Shown here piece after piece: positions 12,080-20,319 of a stretch of DNA of 32,000 bases (position 1 is its first letter; each line of letters opens with the position of its first letter). The notes under the pieces are model-generated. The model ran no database searches. It was not told the origin of the DNA and saw nothing but the letters and a program-made list of their open reading frames with translations. The position numbers and the translations under genes are program-made. Origin of the DNA: Granulicella pectinivorans (lineage in GTDB: Bacteria; Acidobacteriota; Terriglobia; Terriglobales; Acidobacteriaceae); contig NZ_FOZL01000001.1 in NCBI RefSeq assembly GCF_900114625.1, positions 2,236,272 to 2,268,271 of the forward strand. The letters are read 5' to 3'.

Positions 12080-13351
12080 TTACCGCGGAACAGAAGCATT
12101 CTGCGTCGGCACCGGCTCTGCCAGCAACTCTCCAATCAGAGCCGTCATCTCCTTCACCAACTCCTCATGCGCCTCCGGATTTGCCGGTCCCGCAAACCCC
12201 GCGTGTACCTGCTTCACCCGCCCATCGCGCCCCAGGATAAAGCTCGTAGGCCACGAATTCAGATGTTCCGCGTCCGGAATCTTCTCGTTCAACTGATCCG
12301 TCGTCCCTGCCAGAAGCACAGTGTAATCAAGGTGATAGCGGGCAATAAAAGCCCTCAGCCGAACCGGATCCTTCAACTGGTCTTCGTCCTCTTCAAAGGA
12401 GAGGTTTACGATCTCCAAACCCTTCGCGTGAAACTGCTTGTACAGGCTCTCCAGAAACGGAGCCTCGTCGTGGCAGTTCGGGCACCACGATCCGCCCACC
12501 GTCACAATCACCACCTTGCCGTCGAACTGCCGGTCCGTGTTGGAAACGACCTTCCCCGCCAGGTCAGGAGCGCTGAAAACAAAGCGCTTCGTCGGATCTT
12601 TCATCGTCGTCTGCTGCGTGGGATCAGTCGGCGGGGCCAGCTTGGCCGCACGCGCCGCCTCCGGCCGCCGCGCCACAAGGTTCTGCTGGTCCGGAGGATT
12701 CAGGTCCGCACGCAGCAGATTCGTCAGGATCAGCGTGCCATCCTCCTTCGGCGTCAGTGTGTAAAGTGCCGGTCCCGCTGCGGTGAAGTGCGAAACCCGG
12801 TAGGTATGCGAGGGCGCCGCCATGCCGGGCGCCGGCTGGTCCCAGGTCCCGTAGAGCGAACCCGTATCCCCATCGATCCTTTGGATCACGGCCTTCACAT
12901 TTTGCCCTGTCTGGGCGACGCGAAGCTGCCAGGCGGACTCTCCCTTGGCGCTCTTCACCGCGACCTCCCAGTCGCCGTCGATCTTCGGGGCCACGCTGCC
13001 CTTCACCACCTGCACGGGCGCCTTGCTCATCGTCAACGGATAACGGACCGTCTTCGTCCCATAGCTTCCGGTCAGCGTGCCATCCGCGATCGTCGCATCC
13101 AGCGTCTTGTCGTAGTAGTTGAACTTGACCAGCAGATGGTTTCCAGCGACCGAAACACCAGTCGCCGGCGAGCTCTCCGGACCATTGATCAGAGCGGCGT
13201 TCAGGGACTTTGCCGTACCGGTAATCCGCAGATGGATCGGAACCTGTTGGCCATGCGATGTCGCCGAACCGGTCCAGTCGCCGGTGACCTTGGCAGGTGT
13301 CTGGGCAAGGGAAGTCAGAGAAAACAAAAGAAGAGCAGGAAGCAGCTTCAT
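12080..13351 (-). CDS. Secreted TlpA/ResA-like thiol-disulfide oxidoreductase (thioredoxin fold) with a ~240-aa unknown N-terminal domain
   Basis: 423 aa with the signal peptide MKLLPALLLFSLTSLAQ and the redox motif GGSWCPNCHDEAP in the C-terminal third. It is the last gene of the ECF sigma operon. Confidence 0.8.
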   Translation of the reverse strand: MKLLPALLLFSLTSLAQTPAKVTGDWTGSATSHGQQVPIHLRITGTAKSLNAALINGPESSPATGVSVAGNHLLVKFNYYDKTLDATIADGTLTGSYGTKTVRYPLTMSKAPVQVVKGSVAPKIDGDWEVAVKSAKGESAWQLRVAQTGQNVKAVIQRIDGDTGSLYGTWDQPAPGMAAPSHTYRVSHFTAAGPALYTLTPKEDGTLILTNLLRADLNPPDQQNLVARRPEAARAAKLAPPTDPTQQTTMKDPTKRFVFSAPDLAGKVVSNTDRQFDGKVVIVTVGGSWCPNCHDEAPFLESLYKQFHAKGLEIVNLSFEEDEDQLKDPVRLRAFIARYHLDYTVLLAGTTDQLNEKIPDAEHLNSWPTSFILGRDGRVKQVHAGFAGPANPEAHEELVKEMTALIGELLAEPVPTQNASVPR

Positions 13352-13573
13352 GGAACGTACTCGATTCTATGGAAAAAGATAAGGGCGGGGATGCGCCTGG
13401 AGGAGAAGGGTAAGACTAGAGAAGACGCGCGTCTGCGTGGGCCGTCAGGACGAGGCCGCAACAACAGCGAACTGGGTACATCTTCATAAAGACAAGGTTA
13501 GGCGATTCCAGCCCCGCAGGTCAAACCGGAACCGAAGCAGCGGCCCGGCCAAGAGCTTTGCATCGCTAACCCT

Positions 13574-14272
13574 CTAGGGCTGCTGCGGATCGCTTTGGAA
13601 CCGCGATAACAAGGGCTCGACTGCAATCAGGCTGTTGATCGTTCCCCGCTCCTGGTCGTTGAACTGACTCCGGTACGCGGCGGAATTCATATACTGCTGC
13701 CTCTGAGCATCCGGCATCGTGTGCAGATCCCGGTACGCCTTCCGCACCGCCTTGCGGCGATCCTCAGGAAGACTCGCGAGCTGGACCGCGACCGAGCGAA
13801 CCTGCTGGCGTTGCGGGACGCTCAAGCGCTCCATGGCTTCGTTGCGTTCGAGGAAGCGGCTCCGCTCATCCGGCTTCATGCTGTTCAACTGGCTCAGTTG
13901 GTCGCGCATCCTCTGCTGAGTCTGTGCAGGGAGTTCACGGAACCCGGGTTCGGATTCGAGCGCCCTCTGCTGCTGCTCCAGAGGAAGATCGCGGTGGCGG
14001 TTCATCCATTCGTTCAGGTGAGGATTGTTGCGCGCGCCCGTACCATTATTCAGATTCTGATTTCGCGGCGCCTGATTCGAAGGGGTTTGGTAGTTATTCG
14101 ATGGACGGGGTGCCGGAGCATTCTGCTTCGGCGCGCGGAAGATCGGGGCGTGCTGCGCTAAACCACTTATTCCAAACAAGAAGCAAACAGCGGCACCCTT
14201 CACCGCCAACGCAGAGACTCCCCTGCCGGCTTCGCGATGCCACGAACGACGAGTTGGGAGAGAGGTTTGCAT
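13574..14272 (-). CDS. DUF3106-like periplasmic protein
   Basis: It has repeated (L/M)P-x-x-Q/R-R-x helices (LPLEQQQRAL, LPAQTQQRMRDQL, LSVPQRQQVR, LPEDRRKAVRKAY, MPDAQRQQYM). I prefer ATG 14272 (MQTSLPTRRSWHREAGRGVSALAVKGAAVCFLFGISGLAQ, signal-like). The ORF-track start at 14401 is a TTG, and the extra 43 codons lie in A/T-rich sequence with atypical codons. Confidence 0.65.
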   Translation of the reverse strand: MQTSLPTRRSWHREAGRGVSALAVKGAAVCFLFGISGLAQHAPIFRAPKQNAPAPRPSNNYQTPSNQAPRNQNLNNGTGARNNPHLNEWMNRHRDLPLEQQQRALESEPGFRELPAQTQQRMRDQLSQLNSMKPDERSRFLERNEAMERLSVPQRQQVRSVAVQLASLPEDRRKAVRKAYRDLHTMPDAQRQQYMNSAAYRSQFNDQERGTINSLIAVEPLLSRFQSDPQQP

Positions 14273-14412
14273 AGGGTGCAGGGATAGAGGCAGATGCGAC
14301 TGGGACGTAGTTGGTTTCAAAACTGTCTGATATGTTTTCGCCCGGCCCAGTGTAAACGGTATACCTCCCATATGTAGGACAAAAGCATGGGGAAACGGCA
14401 AAAAACTATCGG

Positions 14413-14910
14413 CTAGCTCGGTGCCTTGTCATCGCTCGAGTCGTCATCCTGCAGGAACTGGTCCATCTGCTGGATCGTCGTGGCATTTTTGTCCAGAATC
14501 TGAAGATCTTCCACCGTCGCCGAAACCTGCGGCGTGGACACCTGGTTCATCTTCATCATGCTGGAGTAGCTGCCGCCACCAAGGATTAGCACCAGAGCCA
14601 GCGCACCCGCCACCGCGGGACGAAACTGACGACCGGTGTTGAAGAGAAGGTGGTCCCGCAGACGGGCAAAGAAGCCAAGCTTGGGCTCTGCCTGCTCCTC
14701 GCGGAGCAGAACCGCCATCTTCTGGTCAAAATAGGGACTTACCTCGGGCGCCGTCCAGGAATCCATGGCGGAGATCGTGGATGCCAGGGAGGTGTACTCC
14801 TCTTCGCAGGGAGGGCATGTGATCATATGGGCCATCGCGGCCGCGTTCGACGGGGCAGCCGGGTTCAGCAGAAGCTCGGGGAGTTCGTTCTGGAACGTTT
14901 TGCAGTTCAT
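14413..14910 (-). CDS. Anti-sigma factor, zf-HC2 type, single TM
   Basis: 165 aa with an N-terminal C..F...L......H..C..C pattern (MNCKTFQNELPELL...HMITCPPCEEEY) and one TM segment (AVAGALALVLILGGG). It lies directly downstream of the ECF sigma gene. Confidence 0.7.
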   Translation of the reverse strand: MNCKTFQNELPELLLNPAAPSNAAAMAHMITCPPCEEEYTSLASTISAMDSWTAPEVSPYFDQKMAVLLREEQAEPKLGFFARLRDHLLFNTGRQFRPAVAGALALVLILGGGSYSSMMKMNQVSTPQVSATVEDLQILDKNATTIQQMDQFLQDDDSSDDKAPS

Positions 14911-14968
14911 CTTCGCTTCCTTTCTCGTTCGACGCTCGCAATGCGCGTCCGTATCTCGTCAAAACTCA

Positions 14969-15796
14969 TTAAACAAAGCCCTTCAGCTTTTCCCGCAGCG
15001 TCTGGTACGCGCGGAAGAGAAGTGATTTGGTGGCAGACTCCGACAACTTCAGCACGTCGCCGATCTGGCGGTAGTCCATGCCTTCATACTTATGCATCAG
15101 GACCGCCATCTTTTGGCGTTCGGGAAGCCCCATGACAAAATCGCGAATCGCATGCATCCGCTCGCTCTTCAGCAGGTCCGCTTCGACTGTGGGCGTGGAA
15201 TCAGCCACATCCGGCGTCGAACCGGTCTCCGGATCGGGCTCGTCGAGGTAAACCGTCGAGGCGGAGCGCTCGTGGCGCGTATCCCGGGCGTGGTTCACCC
15301 CAAGGTTCGTCGCAATCCGGTAAAGCCACGTGCTGAAACGAGCCTCCGCGCGGTACGTCTCACGCGAACGGTAGACCCGCAGGAAGACCTCCTGCGCCAA
15401 CTCCTCGGCAACCGCCTGATTGTGCGTCATCCGGTACATGAAGCTCACGATTGGCTTCCGGTACTTGCGCAGCAGGTAGTCGAAGGCCTGCATATTGCCC
15501 GCACTGAGCTCGAGCATGATGGCAGAGTCTTCCATGGCGGCGAAGTCAGTCGGCGCGTGATGCGCAGCGACTTCGGGAGCGTCTTCAAGCATTCCGGGAT
15601 GGATCGCAAGCGTGCCCATATCTGTCGTAACCCGGTCTTCGCCGTCAGGTTGCGCGGGAGATAACTTTTCCCCTTGATTTTCGCCACCGTTCCTGGAATC
15701 CGGGAATGAATCTGCGCTCAGCGACGCGTCGCCACCGGGGGCCGGTATCGTCGGGTCGGGTTTCTCGGACTGCGGAATGTGAGAGGCGGATGGCAT
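14969..15796 (-). CDS. ECF-type RNA polymerase sigma-70 factor. The start is uncertain and the ~95-aa Pro/Asp-rich N-terminal extension may not be translated.
   Basis: Region 2 reads AFDYLLRKYRKPIVSFMYRMT.N..VAEELAQEVFLRVYR...FSTWLYRIATNLGVNHARD. Region 4 reads QKMAVLMHKYEGMDYRQIGDVLKLSESATKSLLFRAYQTLREKL. There is no SD before ATG 15796. Internal Met codons (MGTLAIH.., MEDSAIM..) are alternative starts. Confidence 0.85.
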   Translation of the reverse strand: MPSASHIPQSEKPDPTIPAPGGDASLSADSFPDSRNGGENQGEKLSPAQPDGEDRVTTDMGTLAIHPGMLEDAPEVAAHHAPTDFAAMEDSAIMLELSAGNMQAFDYLLRKYRKPIVSFMYRMTHNQAVAEELAQEVFLRVYRSRETYRAEARFSTWLYRIATNLGVNHARDTRHERSASTVYLDEPDPETGSTPDVADSTPTVEADLLKSERMHAIRDFVMGLPERQKMAVLMHKYEGMDYRQIGDVLKLSESATKSLLFRAYQTLREKLKGFV

Positions 15797-15861
15797 CGTG
15801 CTTGATCGATACTACTTAGGATGCCGCGGAAGGGGAATCGAGAGTTTTGCACGCACGATTT

Positions 15862-15890
15862 TTGGACGGCTTCTTTTGAAGTGGTATGAT
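15862..15890 (+). promoter_or_regulatory. Candidate sigma-70 promoter for tRNA-Val
   Basis: TTGGAC (15862-15867), a 17-nt spacer, then TATGAT (15885-15890) preceded by a TGn extended -10. It lies ~55 nt upstream of the tRNA 5' end. Confidence 0.4.
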
Positions 15891-15949
15891 CACAACAGTC
15901 GGGCGGATCTCCGAAAAGATTTCCTGCGACGACGACCCAGTCCAGCATA

Positions 15950-16024
15950 GGGCGCATAACTCAGCGGTAGAGTGCCACCTTCACACGGTGGAAGTCGTAG
16001 GTTCGAATCCTGCTGTGCCCACCA
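15950..16024 (+). tRNA. tRNA-Val, anticodon CAC, with encoded CCA
   Basis: Hand-folded cloverleaf: acceptor GGGCGCA/TGTGCCC (one G-U), D stem ACTC/GAGT, anticodon stem CCACC/GGTGG with loop TTCACAC, 5-nt variable loop, T arm GTAGG-TTCGAAT-CCTGC, discriminator A, then CCA. Total 75 nt. Confidence 0.9.
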
Positions 16025-16090
16025 TCAAATCAACAACTTAGCGGTGAGAAACAGCCGATTCGGGGCCAAGCGAAGGTCCAGAAGGGGCCA

Positions 16091-17290
16091 CTAAGCTGAA
16101 ATGGCCAATTCTGCCTTTGCGGAATGCAGTCCCAACAGCGAACTGATGCGGCCTTGCGCTACCCGTTTGTCGTTGTCGATTGCCTGGGCATAGACACCCA
16201 AGGTCATCGCCGGAGATGCGTGACGCATGAGTTCCTGAGCCGTCTTGACGGTTTCCCCGTTGGCCAGCAACCACGTTGCGGTTGTTCTCCTGAACGTATG
16301 CCATCCGATACGCTTTAGTATTCCAGCTTCGCGCGCGGCGGGCTGAATCACTTTTTGCAGCACCGTGGATGGCCAGTAGGGTTTCGCGCCCAGGTCGTAC
16401 GGCGATGCGAAAACCCAATCTCCAGGTTTGATGTACGGGGTTTTCTCACGCCAGGACTGTAACGCATGGACGAGAGCAGGCTCCAGCGGAATGGGTCGCT
16501 TAGACGTTTCCGTCTTCGGCTCCCCTGCTATTTGATCGACCAAGGAGCGGCGAATTTGAATCTTGCCGTTCTCAAAGTCAACATCCTCCCACCTTAGACC
16601 GACAAGCTCGCCGCGCCGCAAACCGGTGACGGCTGCCACGACGACCATTGTTCGGGCGTAGTCAGGGAGCAGGCTGAGCAATCTGCCCACTTCCTCCGGC
16701 GTCAGGATATCCGGGGTCTCGCGACGCTTCGCGCTTTGCCTCACCTCTCGGATCGGATTGCGTGTAGCCCACCCGTATCGCAATGCGTGTTGATAGACGA
16801 CACTGAAGACAGCCTTCGTTTTGGACTTGGTGCCATCTGCTTTGTCCAGACCCTCAAGCCAAGCCTCTACACGGAACGCCTTCACGTCTCCAATGCGCTC
16901 GGCTCCCCATCTCGGCAAAATGTAGTCGTCAAGATGCTGACGGTACGTTTCCCGTGTCCTGGGCGTTTTGCCGCGTCCGTCGCAAAGCTCCTTCTCTACG
17001 TAATGCCCAACAACTTCGCGGATGGTCATTGGAATTGTGCTGACGGCTTCGGCGTTGATGTCCAAACGAAGCGCGTCAACAGCCTTACGCGCCGCCGTCT
17101 CCGTCTTGTACTCCTGCACGGTGCCGATGATGCGCTTACGCCTGACGCTCTGCCCATTACCGGATGGCTCGCGCCACCGGTACGTCCAGACATCCGGCCC
17201 GCTGCTTCTAGATTCGGTTGTCAAATAGCCGCGTTGGTATCGCTCTCTGGAGAGCTTGAGGGTTGGAAGTGATGTGAGAGCGTTTGTCAT
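16091..17290 (-). CDS. int: Tyrosine-type site-specific integrase (phage/P4-like family)
   Basis: 399 aa with a catalytic-domain pattern: ...TGLRRGELVGLRWEDVDF... (Arg box), ...GWHTFRRTTATWLLANG... (H-x-x-R), ...LMRHASPAMTLGVYAQ (His and the Tyr nucleophile). The stop is 66 nt from the tRNA. Confidence 0.9.
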   Translation of the reverse strand: MTNALTSLPTLKLSRERYQRGYLTTESRSSGPDVWTYRWREPSGNGQSVRRKRIIGTVQEYKTETAARKAVDALRLDINAEAVSTIPMTIREVVGHYVEKELCDGRGKTPRTRETYRQHLDDYILPRWGAERIGDVKAFRVEAWLEGLDKADGTKSKTKAVFSVVYQHALRYGWATRNPIREVRQSAKRRETPDILTPEEVGRLLSLLPDYARTMVVVAAVTGLRRGELVGLRWEDVDFENGKIQIRRSLVDQIAGEPKTETSKRPIPLEPALVHALQSWREKTPYIKPGDWVFASPYDLGAKPYWPSTVLQKVIQPAAREAGILKRIGWHTFRRTTATWLLANGETVKTAQELMRHASPAMTLGVYAQAIDNDKRVAQGRISSLLGLHSAKAELAISA

Positions 17291-17523
17291 GCTGCCTTCT
17301 CCTGTTCGGTTGGGGCAGTACGACCTGCGTTATCAGTGTATCCATTGCGCGATTCCAGCCAAGTCCTAATCTTGGACGGCAGGAAGACAACGCGGCGGGC
17401 GCTGAGGCGTACACAGGGGATTTTGCCTTCGCGTGCCCATTTTCGGATGGTCTCTGGGTGGAGGGGAAGGATGCCTGATAATTCCTCGGCTGTCAGGGGT
17501 GCTTCGATTGTGGGATTGTCCAC
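17287..17523 (-). CDS. xis: Excisionase / AlpA-type helix-turn-helix DNA-binding protein
   Basis: 78 aa with a GTG start. LTAEELSGILPLHPETIRKWAREGKIPCVRLSARRVVFLPSKIRTWLE matches the Xis/AlpA wHTH layout. Its stop overlaps the int start by 4 nt. Confidence 0.7.
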   Translation of the reverse strand: MDNPTIEAPLTAEELSGILPLHPETIRKWAREGKIPCVRLSARRVVFLPSKIRTWLESRNGYTDNAGRTAPTEQEKAA

Positions 17524-17702
17524 GTTTCAACCTATTGCGCCTGGGCCTTACAGGCTTGCCGCTCGATTGCTTTACGGTGTGCAGTCCATCCTTCTTGGCT
17601 TGCATCATCGCTGGAGAGCAACGAGGTCAGGAGCAGACTGCCCCCGACGGAAGTAGTAAACTGAGCTATTGATCTTAGTTCCAATGCTTGAGGTCGTCCC
17701 AT

Positions 17703-18344
17703 ATGAACAACGCAACGTGCTACGCCTGCGACCAGCCCGCAACCACCAAGGAACACACGCCTCCATATTCGTTCTTCCCTGAAGGGCAGCGGCTGAACCT
17801 TATCACTGTGCCTTCATGTGAGGCGCATAACAATGCGAACTCCAAAGATGTCGAGTATGCGCGAAACGTCATCACCACCATGTTCGGCACGAACGATGTA
17901 GGTCAGCAGCACTTTGCCGATAAAGCACTGCGCTCGTTTGATCGTTCGCCCAAGCTGCTGAATATGACTTTCGCGGATATACGTCCCGTCACGCTGCACG
18001 GTCAGACTGTCGGTGCATTCACCATGCAGACGGACCGCATCGAGGCCGTAATGAATGCTTGCGTCACGGCTCTGCACTTCCGCGATACGAACGAACGCAT
18101 TCCTAACTGGGAAGTCATTCTCCCCAACCTGTCATTCCAGGGCGACACGACGGAAGCTCAGGCGGCGGGTTGGTCTGGATTCCTCTCGATGTTTGGGCAG
18201 GTTCAGTACAACGTAAAGCCAACTGATTCGCCTGATGTGTTTCAGTACGCCATGGCTCAGATTCTAGGAGGCTGGATTTACAACCTGTGTTTCTACAAGG
18301 CGTTCACGGTCTTTGCATTCGCACCGTCTGTATCTCCTGAGTAG
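17703..18344 (+). CDS. HNH (HNH_5-like) endonuclease-domain protein with a ~160-aa unknown C-terminal domain
   Basis: ATG 17703 (GAGG 9 nt upstream) is preferred over the TTG at 17688. The motif spacing is C6-x2-C9 ... E17-H18 ... N32 ... C39-x2-H42-N43 (MNNATCYACDQPATTKEHTPPYSFFPEGQRLNLITVPSCEAHNN). It is the only + strand gene between xis and the long minus-strand operon, and G+C is visibly lower here. Confidence 0.65.
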   Translation: MNNATCYACDQPATTKEHTPPYSFFPEGQRLNLITVPSCEAHNNANSKDVEYARNVITTMFGTNDVGQQHFADKALRSFDRSPKLLNMTFADIRPVTLHGQTVGAFTMQTDRIEAVMNACVTALHFRDTNERIPNWEVILPNLSFQGDTTEAQAAGWSGFLSMFGQVQYNVKPTDSPDVFQYAMAQILGGWIYNLCFYKAFTVFAFAPSVSPE

Positions 18345-18389
18345 AAAGAGAAAAGGCCCCCGTCCAGGCGGTGAGCCTAAGACGGGGCA
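18345..18389 (-). terminator. Terminator of the long minus-strand operon
   Basis: On the minus strand, GCCCCGTC..(inner AGGC/GCCT stem)..GACGGGGG is followed by CCTTTTCTCTTTCT. It lies between the convergent stops at 18344 and 18466. Confidence 0.5.
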
Positions 18390-18465
18390 TGACTTCACTT
18401 GGTCGTTTCGCAGGTACAGAGCGTACTCGATACGGGAAAGCGAATTACAACAATCTGCATAAGCC

Positions 18466-20319
18466 CTACTCCTCCGGCTCTTCGAGCGCCGGAGACAGCG
18501 GAGCAGCCTGAACATTCTTCCCCGCTTGTTTCCACAACGTCAGCGCCGTATGCCCTGCCTTCGGATTGAACAGCAGCTTATCCGCGATGGCAGATACCGG
18601 AGCCTTCGCAAGTTCGCCTGTATGGAAAGGCAACTTGCCCACCCATTCGGCCAGCCCGCTACCGGTCTCTGGGGTGGCAAGAGCGCCCAACACGTCGTTG
18701 TAATTTTTCAGGCCATCAGATCCGAGCAGCTTCGCGAACGCTCCGGCACCAAACTTGTTGTCGAAGTACGCGGGGAGCTTATTCAGAGCCGTACGGTTGA
18801 TAGAAGCCGTTTCCGCGCCGAAGCTACTGCCGTCTCCGGCACCCTGCAACATCGGGCGTATCCGATTCGCGAGCCACTGATAACGAATTCCCTGGGAGTA
18901 GGTGCGGTTCGCTGCATCCAGTTCTCCAGGCTTCACGACATCGGCGTGCTTATTGAGGAAGGCATCCATCTCGCGCTGGTACTCCGGCAGGTTCGCCTTT
19001 GCAGTAGCCTTATCCGTCTGGCTCGATACGCGGCTCTTGAGGGTGCTCTTCGCGTCGGTGATCTGGTCCTGCAACTCGGTGAAGAGCTTAGGCCGTGGTG
19101 GGACATCTGGAGTCGGGAGCGGCTTATCATCCGCTCCGTAAAGGGTGGGCTGTTTTTCCGCATCCCCGTACTTCTTGTCCCAGGCGGATACCTCTGGCTC
19201 GGCTGCGTCGTCCAGGATGCTATAGGTGTGGGATGCCTCTTTCTTGAGCAGACTCGCGATGTCATCGACAGAGGTCAGCGAAGAGGGTATTCCTGCGGTC
19301 GCCGGGGGCGGGTTCTCCCCACGGACTTTCCGAAGTTCCTTCACGGCATCCAAGGCAGACTGCACGAAGTTCGATTGCGCGGCCTTTCGGGCCGCTGGCG
19401 CTACGACATCATTCACGAAACCCTTCGCGCCCTGCTCAGTCGCGACGGATGACGCCAAGCGGGATGATACGGACTGGGTGGGCAGTTGCGGATTGTTGGA
19501 CGCGACCGGCACATCCTCTCCCGCGATCTTTGCGGAGGACGGCTTGGCGGTGTCTACAGCGCCCTCAGCGGCTTCGCCAAGCGAACTGATAGCCTTACCT
19601 ACCCCGAACGTCAGGAGCGGCCCCAGGATGTCACCGGCGACGGCCCGGTAGTTCTGCGCGTGCAGGTCTTCATCCAGGTTCGATCCAATCTGACGAATAG
19701 CGGGACCCATGAGGGGAATGACCCCGGCAGCATGGGAGTCAAGCGTCCCGGCAAGATCGCCAACGACACCGGATGCGCTGCCCTTGGCAGCGTCGGCCTG
19801 CACGCGGTCCTTGAGGTCGTTGTAGGATTTTGCAAGTCCTTTCACGCTACCCCCGGCTGCACGATCCGCTTTGTATGCGGCAGCGACCTCGTGAACGGGT
19901 TGCATGATGATCGCCTTCGCAGCTTGGACTATAGGATGGTCAGCGGTGAAGGCCTGACCGGTGATGATGTCGGTCGCCAGACTGGTAGCTGCCTTCCAGT
20001 CACCGGCCTTCGCGGTCTCGATCATCTGGTGGTACAAGTCGACGGGGCGCTGCACGGCGTACTTCGCGGACTGCGTTCCGAGGTCTACGATGCCCTTGAG
20101 GCCGGACGTTTCATAGGCGCGGTTTATAAGACCATGCTGCTCGGGCTGAGAGACGGGAGCAGAGTCAAAGACCATGCCGCCGTCGGGTGCCGCGCTAGGT
20201 GATGGCGAAGGCTTGGCTGGTGCAGACGATACCGGGGTTGGAGACGATACAGGAGACGAGTCGAAGACCATTCCTTGTCCGGCTTGCTGGTCCATGTCAG
20301 GTTGATTTGTGTCGAGCAT
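18466..20319 (-). CDS. Large hypothetical protein (617 aa), last gene of the island operon
   Basis: A long ORF with normal coding composition. Its start is coupled to the upstream stop (TAATG at 20317-20321). The N-terminus carries two copies of GMVFDS(S/A)PVS(S/Q)P separated by a Pro/Ser/Ala linker. I recognise no family. Confidence 0.8.
   Translation of the reverse strand: MLDTNQPDMDQQAGQGMVFDSSPVSSPTPVSSAPAKPSPSPSAAPDGGMVFDSAPVSQPEQHGLINRAYETSGLKGIVDLGTQSAKYAVQRPVDLYHQMIETAKAGDWKAATSLATDIITGQAFTADHPIVQAAKAIIMQPVHEVAAAYKADRAAGGSVKGLAKSYNDLKDRVQADAAKGSASGVVGDLAGTLDSHAAGVIPLMGPAIRQIGSNLDEDLHAQNYRAVAGDILGPLLTFGVGKAISSLGEAAEGAVDTAKPSSAKIAGEDVPVASNNPQLPTQSVSSRLASSVATEQGAKGFVNDVVAPAARKAAQSNFVQSALDAVKELRKVRGENPPPATAGIPSSLTSVDDIASLLKKEASHTYSILDDAAEPEVSAWDKKYGDAEKQPTLYGADDKPLPTPDVPPRPKLFTELQDQITDAKSTLKSRVSSQTDKATAKANLPEYQREMDAFLNKHADVVKPGELDAANRTYSQGIRYQWLANRIRPMLQGAGDGSSFGAETASINRTALNKLPAYFDNKFGAGAFAKLLGSDGLKNYNDVLGALATPETGSGLAEWVGKLPFHTGELAKAPVSAIADKLLFNPKAGHTALTLWKQAGKNVQAAPLSPALEEPEE

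Noticed and set aside
11879-13489. 536-aa + strand ORF opposite the TlpA-like gene
   Set aside because: The translation is Arg-rich nonsense. The minus-strand frame has a signal peptide and a WCPNC thioredoxin motif.
14273-14401. N-terminal 43-codon extension (TTG start) of the DUF3106-like gene
   Set aside because: It starts with a TTG, uses A/T-rich codons atypical for this genome, and gives no signal-peptide logic. The internal ATG at 14272 yields a signal-like N-terminus.
16038-16418. 126-aa ORF overlapping the 3' end of the integrase gene and the att region
   Set aside because: It lies in an alternative frame of the integrase, has non-protein-like composition, and the integrase frame is well supported.
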